Shown here one piece after another: positions 26,749-34,984 of a stretch of DNA of 64,000 nt. The stretch's first letter is position 1. Each line of letters starts with the position of its first letter. Origin of the DNA: a virus; the IMG/VR virus record IMGVR_UViG_3300009095_000016, positions 2,271-66,270 of that record, one strand, 5' to 3'. The translations under genes were made by a program, and so were the position numbers. The notes beneath the pieces were generated by a model, which was not told where the DNA came from, did not search any database, and was given only the letters and a program-made list of their open reading frames with translations.

Positions 26749-27237
26749 TCAGAGCCAGCGTGAGGTGATGGACCCTGCACCCCCGACGGTCCACTCGGTC
26801 GGGAAGCCGTGAAGCGTCAGCGGGAAGCCGTCCTGCGGAACCGGCTGGAAGTCGACGACCATCATGATCTCCGAGTCCTCGTCCGCCGCGTTCGCCTGGT
26901 CTTCGAGCTGCTTCGCGCCCGACAGGAGGGCACCGGCCAGCTTGGCGCCGTCGGTCTGGAGGTCTTCGGTGCGGATGACCTTCTGGATCAGGCCCTCGGA
27001 TACAGCCAGGGCGCGCAGGGCGGAGGCCGCCGCGCGGTAGATCTTGGCGCTCCCCTCGCCCATGGCGATGTTGTAGAGCCCACGCAGGTGGGCGTCCGAG
27101 AACATGTACTCGGGGGTGCCGTTGTCGGAGTAGTCGACCTGCTCCACGTCGGGCACCAGGGCGCGGATCTGACCGATCACGGATCCGAAGTCGGGCGGGT
27201 ACACATCGAGCGCCGCCGAGGTTCCTACTGCTGCCAT
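26749..27237 (-). CDS. head-to-tail adaptor
   Basis: GQIRAL.PD, FSD..L, AAA.AL...A.SE..I.KVI.TEDL.TDGAK actinophage adaptor signature. Confidence 0.85.
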   Translation of the reverse strand: MAAVGTSAALDVYPPDFGSVIGQIRALVPDVEQVDYSDNGTPEYMFSDAHLRGLYNIAMGEGSAKIYRAAASALRALAVSEGLIQKVIRTEDLQTDGAKLAGALLSGAKQLEDQANAADEDSEIMMVVDFQPVPQDGFPLTLHGFPTEWTVGGAGSITSRWL

Positions 27238-27240
27238 CAC

Positions 27241-28058
27241 GTGCCTCCGGGTCCGGTCGGTGATAGCAGCATCGTACGGGTGCCGCGCACTCGTAGCGGC
27301 AGGTCAGCGAGTCGCGAAGGTGCGAACTTCCTCCCAGGATGTCCGGTGCAGAGGTACGAACATTCTCCCAAGATGCCCGATTCATGGTGCGAAGTTGACA
27401 TGGACGCGTCGAGTCGTGCCTTAAATGAGGATTAACTCACCATAAGTCCGAATTGATACCCCAGGTGGGTATGCAGACGCTGACCTGCGGATTCTCTGTC
27501 CGATTCGCCCGATTGGAAGATCGAACCAGACTTGGAATCCGACCCATGGTCACCGGTGAGCGAGGGTCGAGAGTTGTCGGTCGGTATTCTTCCTGGTCAC
27601 GGGCGCCCCATGCTCACTGGAGGTCAAGGGGTGAAATGTCGACACGTACCCCTGGTCATCTGTGACCAGGGAGGGGTATCCATGACCGATTCGCCCTAGA
27701 TGTCATACTATTTTTTCGACATTCTCGTGCGGAAAAACGAACGAGTCGAACCCCCCACTTATGCCCTGACCTGCGGAACCACCCTCTCCTAAGAACAGAT
27801 ACAAAACCTCCGTCGTCTTGTATGTACCTGTACCCCCGTGGCCGCTCACGGCCGGGCTGCGCCCGCCCGCACGCGGCGGAGGAAGGACGGACTTCGCTTC
27901 GCTCAAAGGGGTGGGGGCTGGGGTTGTCGTCAGGGTGCGGCGCCAGGGTGGCTGAGCGCCGCGCCAGGGCTCGCGCAGGGGTCGGTGCGGGTGCACGGCC
28001 GCCGGAGGGTGGCTGAGGCCGTCAGGCGGCCTCTGGTGGCTTCGGGTCGCGGAGGGAC
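27241..28058. promoter_or_regulatory. divergent regulatory region
   Basis: No credible ORF and lower GC. It contains three CTGACCTGC copies (27299-27307 reversed, 27480, 27766) and a candidate ATGACC-N18-TACTAT promoter at 27682-27711. Confidence 0.5.
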
Positions 28059-28063
28059 GTGAT

Positions 28064-28081
28064 GTATCAGGATTCTGATAC
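28064..28081. promoter_or_regulatory. inverted repeat GTATCAG-GATT-CTGATAC upstream of the wHTH gene
   Basis: Perfect 7-bp arms ending 22 bp before ATG 28104. Confidence 0.5.
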
Positions 28082-28103
28082 TGTCGCCTCGGAAGGAGGA
28101 GAC

Positions 28104-28475
28104 ATGGATCCCATGGAAAGCCGCATCTGCGCGGCCGTGCTGAACCGCAACCTCACCCACAGCTCGTTCCGGCTGTACTGCGCTCTGGTGGTTCTCCTGA
28201 AGGGGCGCATCGAGAAGACGGCGACGGAGGTTTCCGTCCCGGTCCTGAAGAGGACCGTTCCCGGCGTGAAGGGCAAACCGCTCAGTGACGGCTCCCTCCG
28301 CGAGAGCCTTCGTGAACTCCAGGCCGAGGGTCTGATCGAGGTGACGGGGCCGAAGTGGTCGAAGGTGTCGCTCCAGGTGCGCCTCGACGACGGCGGCGAC
28401 GATCCGGGCGTCACCCGGGAGCAGATCGCGGCCTCTGCCGCCAACGTGATCACCCGCAGGGGGCCTTCTCGTTAG
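28104..28475 (+). CDS. winged HTH DNA-binding protein
   Basis: FRLYCAL...SLRESLRELQAEGLIEV, with a strong GGAAGGAGG RBS. Confidence 0.7.
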   Translation: MDPMESRICAAVLNRNLTHSSFRLYCALVVLLKGRIEKTATEVSVPVLKRTVPGVKGKPLSDGSLRESLRELQAEGLIEVTGPKWSKVSLQVRLDDGGDDPGVTREQIAASAANVITRRGPSR

Positions 28476-28531
28476 CCCTTGCGCTGACTGGGCAGAAATG
28501 GTGTACTGTGGTTCCAGGAAAGGAGAAGCAC

Positions 28532-28879
28532 ATGCAGCCGACCGACCGTGTCCTCGCAGCGGCACTCATGCCGGGACTTCCGCACGGGGCCTTCCGGCTC
28601 TACGCCATCCTCGACGCCGCCTCCCACGAGGCCAACGCCGAGAACGAGTACTTCCCGGTGACCCTTGAGGGTCTGATGGCTCTGCATCCGGGCATCGCCG
28701 GTCGGGGTGCCGGGGCCACCACCGTGATCAAGCAGGTGGCGGCGCTGCGCCGACACAACCTGCTGGAGACCCGGGCGGCGATCCACCGCACCGAACCCAG
28801 GATGCCGGTTCTGGTGCGCGTGCTGGCCCCGAGCGAACCGGCCGAGGTGTCGGTGGCATCCGTCGCGAACTCGCAGTAG
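28532..28879 (+). CDS. winged HTH protein, paralog of the previous gene
   Basis: FRLYAIL...VIKQVAALRRHNLLE, with a GAAAGGAG RBS. Confidence 0.65.
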   Translation: MQPTDRVLAAALMPGLPHGAFRLYAILDAASHEANAENEYFPVTLEGLMALHPGIAGRGAGATTVIKQVAALRRHNLLETRAAIHRTEPRMPVLVRVLAPSEPAEVSVASVANSQ

Positions 28880-28986
28880 GTCGTGTTTGTCACATCGAAC
28901 GTTCTTGTTACGCAGGCAAGTTCTGTTCGAATCGTGCGCTATTCTCCTCCGGGTCCGGTCCGCCGGACCGGAAGGGGTGGAAGCGC

Positions 28987-29151
28987 ATGTGCACGGAAAC
29001 CGAAGGTCCACCAGAGGGCGTTGATCCCGGTCAGTGGGCCCTCGACCAGTACAGGGCATGGAGGGCCGTCCACATGGGGGACGGCCGCACTCCGCCGGTC
29101 GGCTCGATGGAGGAGCTGCTGGCGAAGATGCGTGAGGAGCCGTCCGAGTAG
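28987..29151 (+). CDS. 54-aa hypothetical protein
   Basis: MCTETEGPPEG... with a purine-rich RBS. It fills the gap between neighbouring genes. Confidence 0.45.
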   Translation: MCTETEGPPEGVDPGQWALDQYRAWRAVHMGDGRTPPVGSMEELLAKMREEPSE

Positions 29152-29177
29152 GACGGCATCGGAGAAGGAGAAGAGAC

Positions 29178-29432
29178 GTGGCTGCGAAGAAGCCGAGCCA
29201 GCCCTGGAAGGTCGTGTTCTTCACGGCCGCAGCGCCGCTCCCGGAGAAGAAGTTCCGGTCCCAGGCGGCGATGCACCGGGCGATCAACGGTGAGCGCGAC
29301 CTGATCCGCGAGGGCTCCAGCCGGGTGGTGCGGGCCACCGCCTTCCAGTGGGACGCGGTGGCGGGCCGGTGGATGACCTTCGAGCGGTACCCGCTGAAGG
29401 CCGAGGTCGACGCCGAGGCGGGGTCGGAATGA
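29178..29432 (+). CDS. hypothetical protein
   Basis: RBS GGAGAAGGAAG and coupling to the next gene. Confidence 0.65.
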   Translation: MAAKKPSQPWKVVFFTAAAPLPEKKFRSQAAMHRAINGERDLIREGSSRVVRATAFQWDAVAGRWMTFERYPLKAEVDAEAGSE

Positions 29433-29929
29433 AGCTGGCCGTCGCACTGATGTCCCTCACGGAGGGATCGAACACGGTCTACGTGTCCCGCAGGGCCCGG
29501 CGCTTCCATGAGGACCCGGAGTGCCCGGCCCGTGGGGCTGGCCACATGATCTTCGCGTGCCGGTGCGGCGACCCGTACTGCGGCTGCGCCGGAGAGAAGC
29601 CTCCGGCCGCCGAGGCGATCTCGATCGACCAGGCGGCGATCCGCGACCTGGAGCCCTGCGCCGTCTGCTACCCGCGATTCCAGGAGATCGCGGTCCAGCT
29701 CGTCTCCGACGACGACTTCGGCCACCGGCCGGTCGACGAGTACGGGGCGAACCGGGCCAACGTGAGCCGGAAGGTCTGCGCCCGGTGTATCGACTGGAAG
29801 TGGGTCAAGGTCCGCAACCAGGACACCGGGTCCGACGAGATGTACCGCATGGGCCGACGCGTCTCCTGGCCCTGTGTGAGCGCCCAAGTCCTGAACATCG
29901 CACCCCGCCAAGAGGAGTGGATTTCGTGA
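29429..29929 (+). CDS. Cys/His-rich, probably Zn-binding protein
   Basis: RFH.DPEC, CRCGDPYC, LEPCAVC and CARC...WPC. ATGA overlap. Confidence 0.65.
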   Translation: MKLAVALMSLTEGSNTVYVSRRARRFHEDPECPARGAGHMIFACRCGDPYCGCAGEKPPAAEAISIDQAAIRDLEPCAVCYPRFQEIAVQLVSDDDFGHRPVDEYGANRANVSRKVCARCIDWKWVKVRNQDTGSDEMYRMGRRVSWPCVSAQVLNIAPRQEEWIS

Positions 29930-30264
29930 GGCAGTACGCGAGGGGTTACCTGGCCTTCTGCGTGAAGGTCGGCAGCCACTTCAAGGAACTCCTGGAGGAG
30001 AAGGGCGCGCTGCGCGAGTACAACGCGGAGACCGGCGCCGACCTCGGCTACCTGGAGGCAGGCAGCTACGGCAACCAGGAGCTGTTCATCACCACGTACT
30101 GCGAGAGCGCAGAGCCCCTGAAGCCCAAGCCGGTCGACGTGGCCGACTTCACCGAGGAGCAGATGGCGGTGTGGCGCGGCCAGATCCAGCGCTTCATGCG
30201 GCAGGCCGAGATCCCGCCGGTCAACGCGATCGGTTTCCGGATCATCGCGGACCTGGACAACTGA
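29926..30264 (+). CDS. hypothetical protein
   Basis: GTGA coupling and codon bias. Confidence 0.65.
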   Translation: MRQYARGYLAFCVKVGSHFKELLEEKGALREYNAETGADLGYLEAGSYGNQELFITTYCESAEPLKPKPVDVADFTEEQMAVWRGQIQRFMRQAEIPPVNAIGFRIIADLDN

Positions 30265-30617
30265 TGGGTGCGGCGGAGGAGATCCGGCGGGCCGGTCTGA
30301 AGCTGCGCCGGGCGTACCGGAGGGCCAGCGGAACGAACTGGTCGGTCGCCGTTGAGAAGACGCCCGAGGACGATCTCGTGATCGGCGTGGTCGACGAGAA
30401 CGACGAACTGGTCATGGGCGACTGCGTCGGGAACTCCGAGAACTGGATCCAGGACGAAGACGCGGAGTTCATCGCGCTGATGGATCCGGCGTTCGCGAAG
30501 ACCGTCGTCGACCTGCTCGACATCGCCGAGTACAGCATCGACCGTCTCGGGGAAAGCGACCCGCTGATCGAGAAGATCGCGGGCATCGCACGGAAGATCA
30601 ACGAGGAGAAGAAGTGA
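30264..30617 (+). CDS. Ead/Ea22-like protein
   Basis: DAEFIALMDP...VDLLD motif. TGATG coupling. Confidence 0.5.
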   Translation: MGAAEEIRRAGLKLRRAYRRASGTNWSVAVEKTPEDDLVIGVVDENDELVMGDCVGNSENWIQDEDAEFIALMDPAFAKTVVDLLDIAEYSIDRLGESDPLIEKIAGIARKINEEKK

Positions 30618-30883
30618 GCAGCACGGAGCCGCTGAAAGTCGGCGACGTCATCCACGGATTCGCCCAGGGCGCCTTCGGGCGCGACCACTACGACTGCGTG
30701 AAGATCGAGGCGGCCGGAACCGACTGGATCGTGGCCCGTGACGCCGACGGTGACGTGTCGTTCGCCAGTGGCGAGAGGAGTCTGCGGCACCTCATCATGG
30801 TCCGCGACGAGGACACCTGCCCGGAGGACGAGTGCCCGGTGGAGAAGAGGCCGGTGGGGCTCACCGTTCCGGGTGGCTGGTGA
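30614..30883 (+). CDS. hypothetical protein
   Basis: GTGA coupling and codon bias. Confidence 0.65.
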   Translation: MSSTEPLKVGDVIHGFAQGAFGRDHYDCVKIEAAGTDWIVARDADGDVSFASGERSLRHLIMVRDEDTCPEDECPVEKRPVGLTVPGGW

Positions 30884-30884
30884 C

Positions 30885-31184
30885 GTGAAGATCCACGAGA
30901 TCCGCGAGGGCGGAGAGGTGACGGAGTGCTGCGGCGTCCCGTCCCTCTCCGTTCCCTCCGGGGACCTGCTCACCGAGCACCCCGAGATCGTCACGTGCGA
31001 CCTCCGCGTGCCCCGCTGTCCCGACTGCAAGGGCGAGGCGGGCTATCTCGGCATGAGGACCGAACCGCCGCACTTCGGTGTCGGCGAGGCGGCCATGTTC
31101 ATGAAGGTCGATCCCTGCGCGCATGACTTCCGCGTGAGGGTCGGAATCGATTCGATGATCAGACTGGAGAAGGTGGCGGAGTGA
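30885..31184 (+). CDS. Cys-rich hypothetical protein
   Basis: TECC...VTC and CPDC motifs. Confidence 0.6.
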   Translation: MKIHEIREGGEVTECCGVPSLSVPSGDLLTEHPEIVTCDLRVPRCPDCKGEAGYLGMRTEPPHFGVGEAAMFMKVDPCAHDFRVRVGIDSMIRLEKVAE

Positions 31185-31756
31185 ACGAGGCGATGGAGCA
31201 TCTTGCCGAGGAGTTCATGGGGCTGCTGAAGCAGGCGTCCCCGAAGAGCGCCCGGCACCTGAACCTGGACCAGGCGGAGAAGGTCGTCTCGGATCTCCTC
31301 CAGGACGCGGCGACGGAGCAGTGGCTGGCCGAGCAGGTCGCCCAGATCAAGATCAAGGCCGCCGATTTCCGCAACGGCGCGTCGATGGACCTGGAGCCCG
31401 CACGGGACTTCGTGGCGATCTGGGTGGGTGTCTGCCGTGGGCTGATCCAGGACGGGCCGAACTACTCGGAGACCGCCATGGACCTCCTGCCGAAGGTCGG
31501 CTCGAAGGTGGAGATGGGCGTCAAGCTGGCCGAGGATCCGCGCGAGCGCTACATCGTCACCGTCCAGCGCGACGAGCCCGGGAAGCTGACCCCGCACCAG
31601 GCGCGGATGAAGGCCGAGACCGAGCGCGACGACCTGGTGAAGGCGGTCTGGAAGTGGATCTCCGACGTGAACGACGGAGCCGGGTACGACACGGGCGACC
31701 TGGGCTGGACCCTGGAGCAGATGGGCTTCCCGGCTCCCCCTGACGAGGAGGAGTGA
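31181..31756 (+). CDS. hypothetical protein
   Basis: GTGA coupling; 191 aa. Confidence 0.7.
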   Translation: MNEAMEHLAEEFMGLLKQASPKSARHLNLDQAEKVVSDLLQDAATEQWLAEQVAQIKIKAADFRNGASMDLEPARDFVAIWVGVCRGLIQDGPNYSETAMDLLPKVGSKVEMGVKLAEDPRERYIVTVQRDEPGKLTPHQARMKAETERDDLVKAVWKWISDVNDGAGYDTGDLGWTLEQMGFPAPPDEEE

Positions 31757-31842
31757 TGAAGAGGATCGTCAAGCGGTGCCGCAGGTGCGGCTGGGTGAAG
31801 GTCTTCACCCCGCTCGGTCCCCAGTGCGGCTGCACCTACTGA
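31756..31842 (+). CDS. 28-aa CxxC/CxC microprotein
   Basis: MKRIVKRCRRCGWVKVFTPLGPQCGCTY, with a GAGGAGGAG RBS and TGATG overlap. Confidence 0.5.
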   Translation: MKRIVKRCRRCGWVKVFTPLGPQCGCTY

Positions 31843-31865
31843 GAGAAACAGGAAGGGAGAAGGAA

Positions 31866-32558
31866 GTGAATGTGCTCCTGAAGGGCGTCGTGGGCTCCAC
31901 GGCCTACGGGCTGAACCACGACAGTTCCGACGTGGACTACATGGGTGTTTTCGCGGCACCCACCAACGAGGTTCTGGGCCTCGGAAAAATCCAGGAATCG
32001 GTGGTCACGAAGGACCCCGACACGACGATGCACGAGGTGAAGAAGTTCGTCACGCTCTGCCTGAACGGCAACCCGTCGGTCTCCGAACTCCTGTGGCTCG
32101 ACGCGTACGAGGCGATCTCGCCGCTCGGTGACGAGCTGACCGGGCTGCGCCGCTCGTTCCTGTCGGCCAAGAAGGTGCGCGACTCCTACCTCGGGTACGC
32201 CACCAGCCAGTTCGAGCGACTGAAGAACCGTGGCGACGGCAGCTTCTCGGCCGACACCCGCAAGAGGACGGAGAAGCACGCCAGGCATCTGGTGCGCCTG
32301 GTCGAGCAGGGTTTCCACCTGTACCGCTCCGGCGAGCTGATCGTGAATCTGCGCAGCAACGCCAGCGAGATCGACCCGGACTGGGTGTTCCAGATGGGCA
32401 GGCAGATCGCGGACGACCCCTCGCGGGCGGAGGAGTACATGCGCCGGGCAGAGGCCCGCTTCGACTCGGCGAAGGCCGCCATCATCGGCGATCCCGACGT
32501 GGCGGCCGTCGAGCGCTGGCTTCTCCGGGTGCGCCGCGCGGACTGGGGGCTGAGCTGA
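31866..32558 (+). CDS. nucleotidyltransferase (Pol-beta superfamily, PF10127 Nuc-transf/RlaP-like)
   Basis: VVGSTAYGL....SDVDYMGVF (GS...DxD), LCLNGNPSV.ELLW, YLGYA..Q and KHA.HL.RL motifs. Confidence 0.85.
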   Translation: MNVLLKGVVGSTAYGLNHDSSDVDYMGVFAAPTNEVLGLGKIQESVVTKDPDTTMHEVKKFVTLCLNGNPSVSELLWLDAYEAISPLGDELTGLRRSFLSAKKVRDSYLGYATSQFERLKNRGDGSFSADTRKRTEKHARHLVRLVEQGFHLYRSGELIVNLRSNASEIDPDWVFQMGRQIADDPSRAEEYMRRAEARFDSAKAAIIGDPDVAAVERWLLRVRRADWGLS

Positions 32559-32899
32559 TGATCCTCCCGCGCGCGACGGGGTGGGAATTCCGCCTCTCCG
32601 ACGACGGCTACACGATGGCCTTCTACGACCCGGGGAACGGCCCGTGGTTCGTGCCGGTGGCCAACATGCAGGGGCGGTTCTACAGCCCTGGCGACCTCGA
32701 CAGCATGAAGGACCACAACGGCCGGAAGATCGACTGGGTGAGGTTCCTGCCCACCGACAAGGCCGCTGCGGAAGTGCTCAGGGTGATCGCCGAGTGGGCC
32801 GACGGGGAGCCCGCCGACAGTGACGCGGTTGCCCGCCTCGCGTACCAGCTCGGCCGCAAGGGATACCGCATACCGGAACCGGGTGATGAGGATGAATGA
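32558..32899 (+). CDS. hypothetical protein
   Basis: Coupled to the previous gene. Confidence 0.6.
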   Translation: MILPRATGWEFRLSDDGYTMAFYDPGNGPWFVPVANMQGRFYSPGDLDSMKDHNGRKIDWVRFLPTDKAAAEVLRVIAEWADGEPADSDAVARLAYQLGRKGYRIPEPGDEDE

Positions 32900-33152
32900 C
32901 CAGCGGAGACTTCAGGTCGAGGTACGCCAGCTCAAGGTCGCCTTCGAGGTTCTGACCGTGGCCTACGAGGAGCTGCACAGCACGGGCGAGATGAGCAACC
33001 CCCGGCTTGCCGCCGCCGCGCTGCACGAGGTGGACCGGATGGTCACCTCACTGGGTGTGGCCGGTCTCGACCGGATGTCGTACGACGGAAGCCACGTGAA
33101 CGAGCTGATACGGCGCGGAGTGGAGAAGGAGCAGGCTGATGGACAACGATGA
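32892..33152 (+). CDS. hypothetical protein
   Basis: Overlapping operon arrangement. Confidence 0.6.
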   Translation: MNDQRRLQVEVRQLKVAFEVLTVAYEELHSTGEMSNPRLAAAALHEVDRMVTSLGVAGLDRMSYDGSHVNELIRRGVEKEQADGQR

Positions 33153-33411
33153 ACTCGACCGAAAGTGGCCCGTAAAGCCGGACTGCACCCGGGACCGGCT
33201 CCTCTACCTCCTGGACGTCTTCAGTGAGGAGCCCGATTCGACGGTCGTCTCGAAGCGGCTGGACGAGGCGGCGCTGACCCTGCCTGGCCTCTTCGTTCCC
33301 GACGCTCCGCTGACCCTCGGCGACCTCCGCATCCTCGCTGATGTGGCAGTGCGCGGAGAATACGCGCTCGACGGCGAGGCGGGTTCCGAGATCGAGGTGG
33401 GGGATGAGTGA
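33139..33411 (+). CDS. hypothetical protein
   Basis: GGAG RBS and operon arrangement. Confidence 0.6.
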   Translation: MDNDELDRKWPVKPDCTRDRLLYLLDVFSEEPDSTVVSKRLDEAALTLPGLFVPDAPLTLGDLRILADVAVRGEYALDGEAGSEIEVGDE

Positions 33412-33691
33412 CCTGCCGGAGATCGAGGAGACGGACGAGCTGGCGGAGGCGCGTCGGGAGCTGGCTGAACTGAGGACAGCCCTGTTTGTCAACGGCCTCG
33501 ATCTGGTGGATTTCCGTCAGCTCGTCGAGGCGGTACGCCTTCTGGATGCCGAGATCGTCGCCGCGATTCACAGGCACCGGATTTCCGAACTCTACCCGTA
33601 CTTCCCGGAGAGCTTCCAGCCGGAGGAGGACGGATACGAGGCGGCAGAGAAATGGCTTCGAGCCGAACTTCCGATGGAGTGGGATCTGTGA
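33404..33691 (+). CDS. hypothetical protein
   Basis: Overlapping operon arrangement. Confidence 0.6.
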   Translation: MSDLPEIEETDELAEARRELAELRTALFVNGLDLVDFRQLVEAVRLLDAEIVAAIHRHRISELYPYFPESFQPEEDGYEAAEKWLRAELPMEWDL

Positions 33692-34038
33692 TCGAAGAGG
33701 AAAAGAGCGAAGCGTCGGAGACGGACTCTGAGGAGACCGCCGAGGTGCCCCTTCCGGTCGACGAGAAGGGCACCATGGAGGAGGCCGAACTGGCTCTCGC
33801 TGACGTCAGGTCGGCGCTCGAATCGGTCGGCAGGGTCATCAACGTCCTGGTCTCCGAGTTCCAGCGTCTGGAGAAGCTGGTGGCCGGTGATGACGACTCG
33901 GTCGTTCACGGCTGCCCGCCCGACGGCAGCGGGCTGACGCCGTGCTGCCACCGGAGCCCCATCGACCTTCCCCTGACGGAACGCATCTCGCTCGACGGTT
34001 CCGAGGTCACCTGCAAGGGCGCTGCGGCGCAGGACTGA
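33688..34038 (+). CDS. hypothetical protein with C-terminal TPCC...VTC module
   Basis: GTGA coupling. Confidence 0.6.
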   Translation: MIEEEKSEASETDSEETAEVPLPVDEKGTMEEAELALADVRSALESVGRVINVLVSEFQRLEKLVAGDDDSVVHGCPPDGSGLTPCCHRSPIDLPLTERISLDGSEVTCKGAAAQD

Positions 34039-34050
34039 AGGACGTGACGC

Positions 34051-34443
34051 GTGACAGGTCACCAGAAGAAGGCGCTCGTGCGCTTCTGTTCAGCTCTCGG
34101 CTGCGTTGCCGTGGGCGTCTTCTTCGGTGCCGTCTCGTTGTGGCTCATGTCGTTCCTGGCGCTCTACTCCGCCACGTTCTTCCTGTGGTCCGGATTCCGA
34201 AACCTGAAAAGGCATGAGCGGATTCGGCGCGAAGTTGAGTGGTGGCGCAGGGCGAAGGATGGTGTCGAGCAGGATCCTCTGAATCCCTGCTGTGTTGAGT
34301 TTGGTGAGACTGGATTTCTGCACGATGAGCAGAAGTGCACTCGCTACAGGTATGGAAGACCAAGGCCGATCTCGAAAGAAGAGCGAGAAGAGATCGACAA
34401 AGCCTGGAGTGAGATAATCGCTCACTTCTATGATCAGAGCTGA
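34051..34443 (+). CDS. membrane protein (2 TM) with a C-terminal PCC...H...C motif
   Basis: Hydrophobic N-terminal helices. Confidence 0.6.
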   Translation: MTGHQKKALVRFCSALGCVAVGVFFGAVSLWLMSFLALYSATFFLWSGFRNLKRHERIRREVEWWRRAKDGVEQDPLNPCCVEFGETGFLHDEQKCTRYRYGRPRPISKEEREEIDKAWSEIIAHFYDQS

Positions 34444-34657
34444 AGGGAAATTCGTGGAGAAGTACAAGGCCACTGCGGTGAAGAGTGGCCAGTGGTGGGC
34501 GGTCACCGTTCATGACGTCCCTGTCGACGGCCCGGCCGTGACGCAGGGGCACAGCAGGACCGAAGCCGAGGACATGACGGTGGACATGCTGTCCCTGCTC
34601 CTCGGGCACCGCGACTTCACGGTGGAGATCGACTTCCAGGAAGAGGGCGACGGGTAG
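34430..34657 (+). CDS. HicB-like antitoxin N-terminal domain
   Basis: YKATAVKSGQWWAVTV...TQG....EAEDM.VD...LLL, a HicB partial RNase-H-like fold pattern. No DNA-binding C-terminus. Confidence 0.65.
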   Translation: MIRAEGKFVEKYKATAVKSGQWWAVTVHDVPVDGPAVTQGHSRTEAEDMTVDMLSLLLGHRDFTVEIDFQEEGDG

Positions 34658-34690
34658 CCTGCGCCGCGCGGTGTCGATGGGCCCAGAAAA

Positions 34691-34725
34691 TCCGGAAGCC
34701 CCCGCCGGGGCGGGGGCTCTTCGGA
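34691..34725. terminator. hairpin ending the rightward cassette
   Basis: AGCCCCCGCC/GGCGGGGGCT 10-bp stem. Confidence 0.55.
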
Positions 34726-34866
34726 AAGGAGAAGAAACGTGGCCGTGACGGAGTCCGGGGACTCGCACAAGGACGGTTCCTTCTTGGGCGGGGAGGATGA
34801 GTCCTCGCCACGTCTCTAAGATACCCGACCTACTGGGCATTGCGCCAGCGTGCCGGGCTGCACAAC

Positions 34867-34974
34867 GCGAAGAGGGCCCCCCGGTCGCACATCGGGGGAC
34901 CCTCTCGCTGCCCGGCAGGAACGGAGACCGGGCAGGGGGCGGTCGGGATCAATCCCGGGTCACCCGCCGCCCGG
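34867..34974. terminator. two hairpins downstream of the capsid gene
   Basis: Stems 34867-34908 and 34928-34974 lie between convergent transcripts. Confidence 0.55.
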
Positions 34975-34984
34975 CTTCACCGGT

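Noticed and set aside
27395-27426. TTGACA promoter candidates here and at 51780
   Set aside because: No TANNNT element at 17-18 bp spacing.
28059-28879. wHTH pair or a hidden integrase as a lysogeny module
   Set aside because: No tyrosine or serine recombinase, attP or parAB was recognised, so lifestyle cannot be inferred from these genes.
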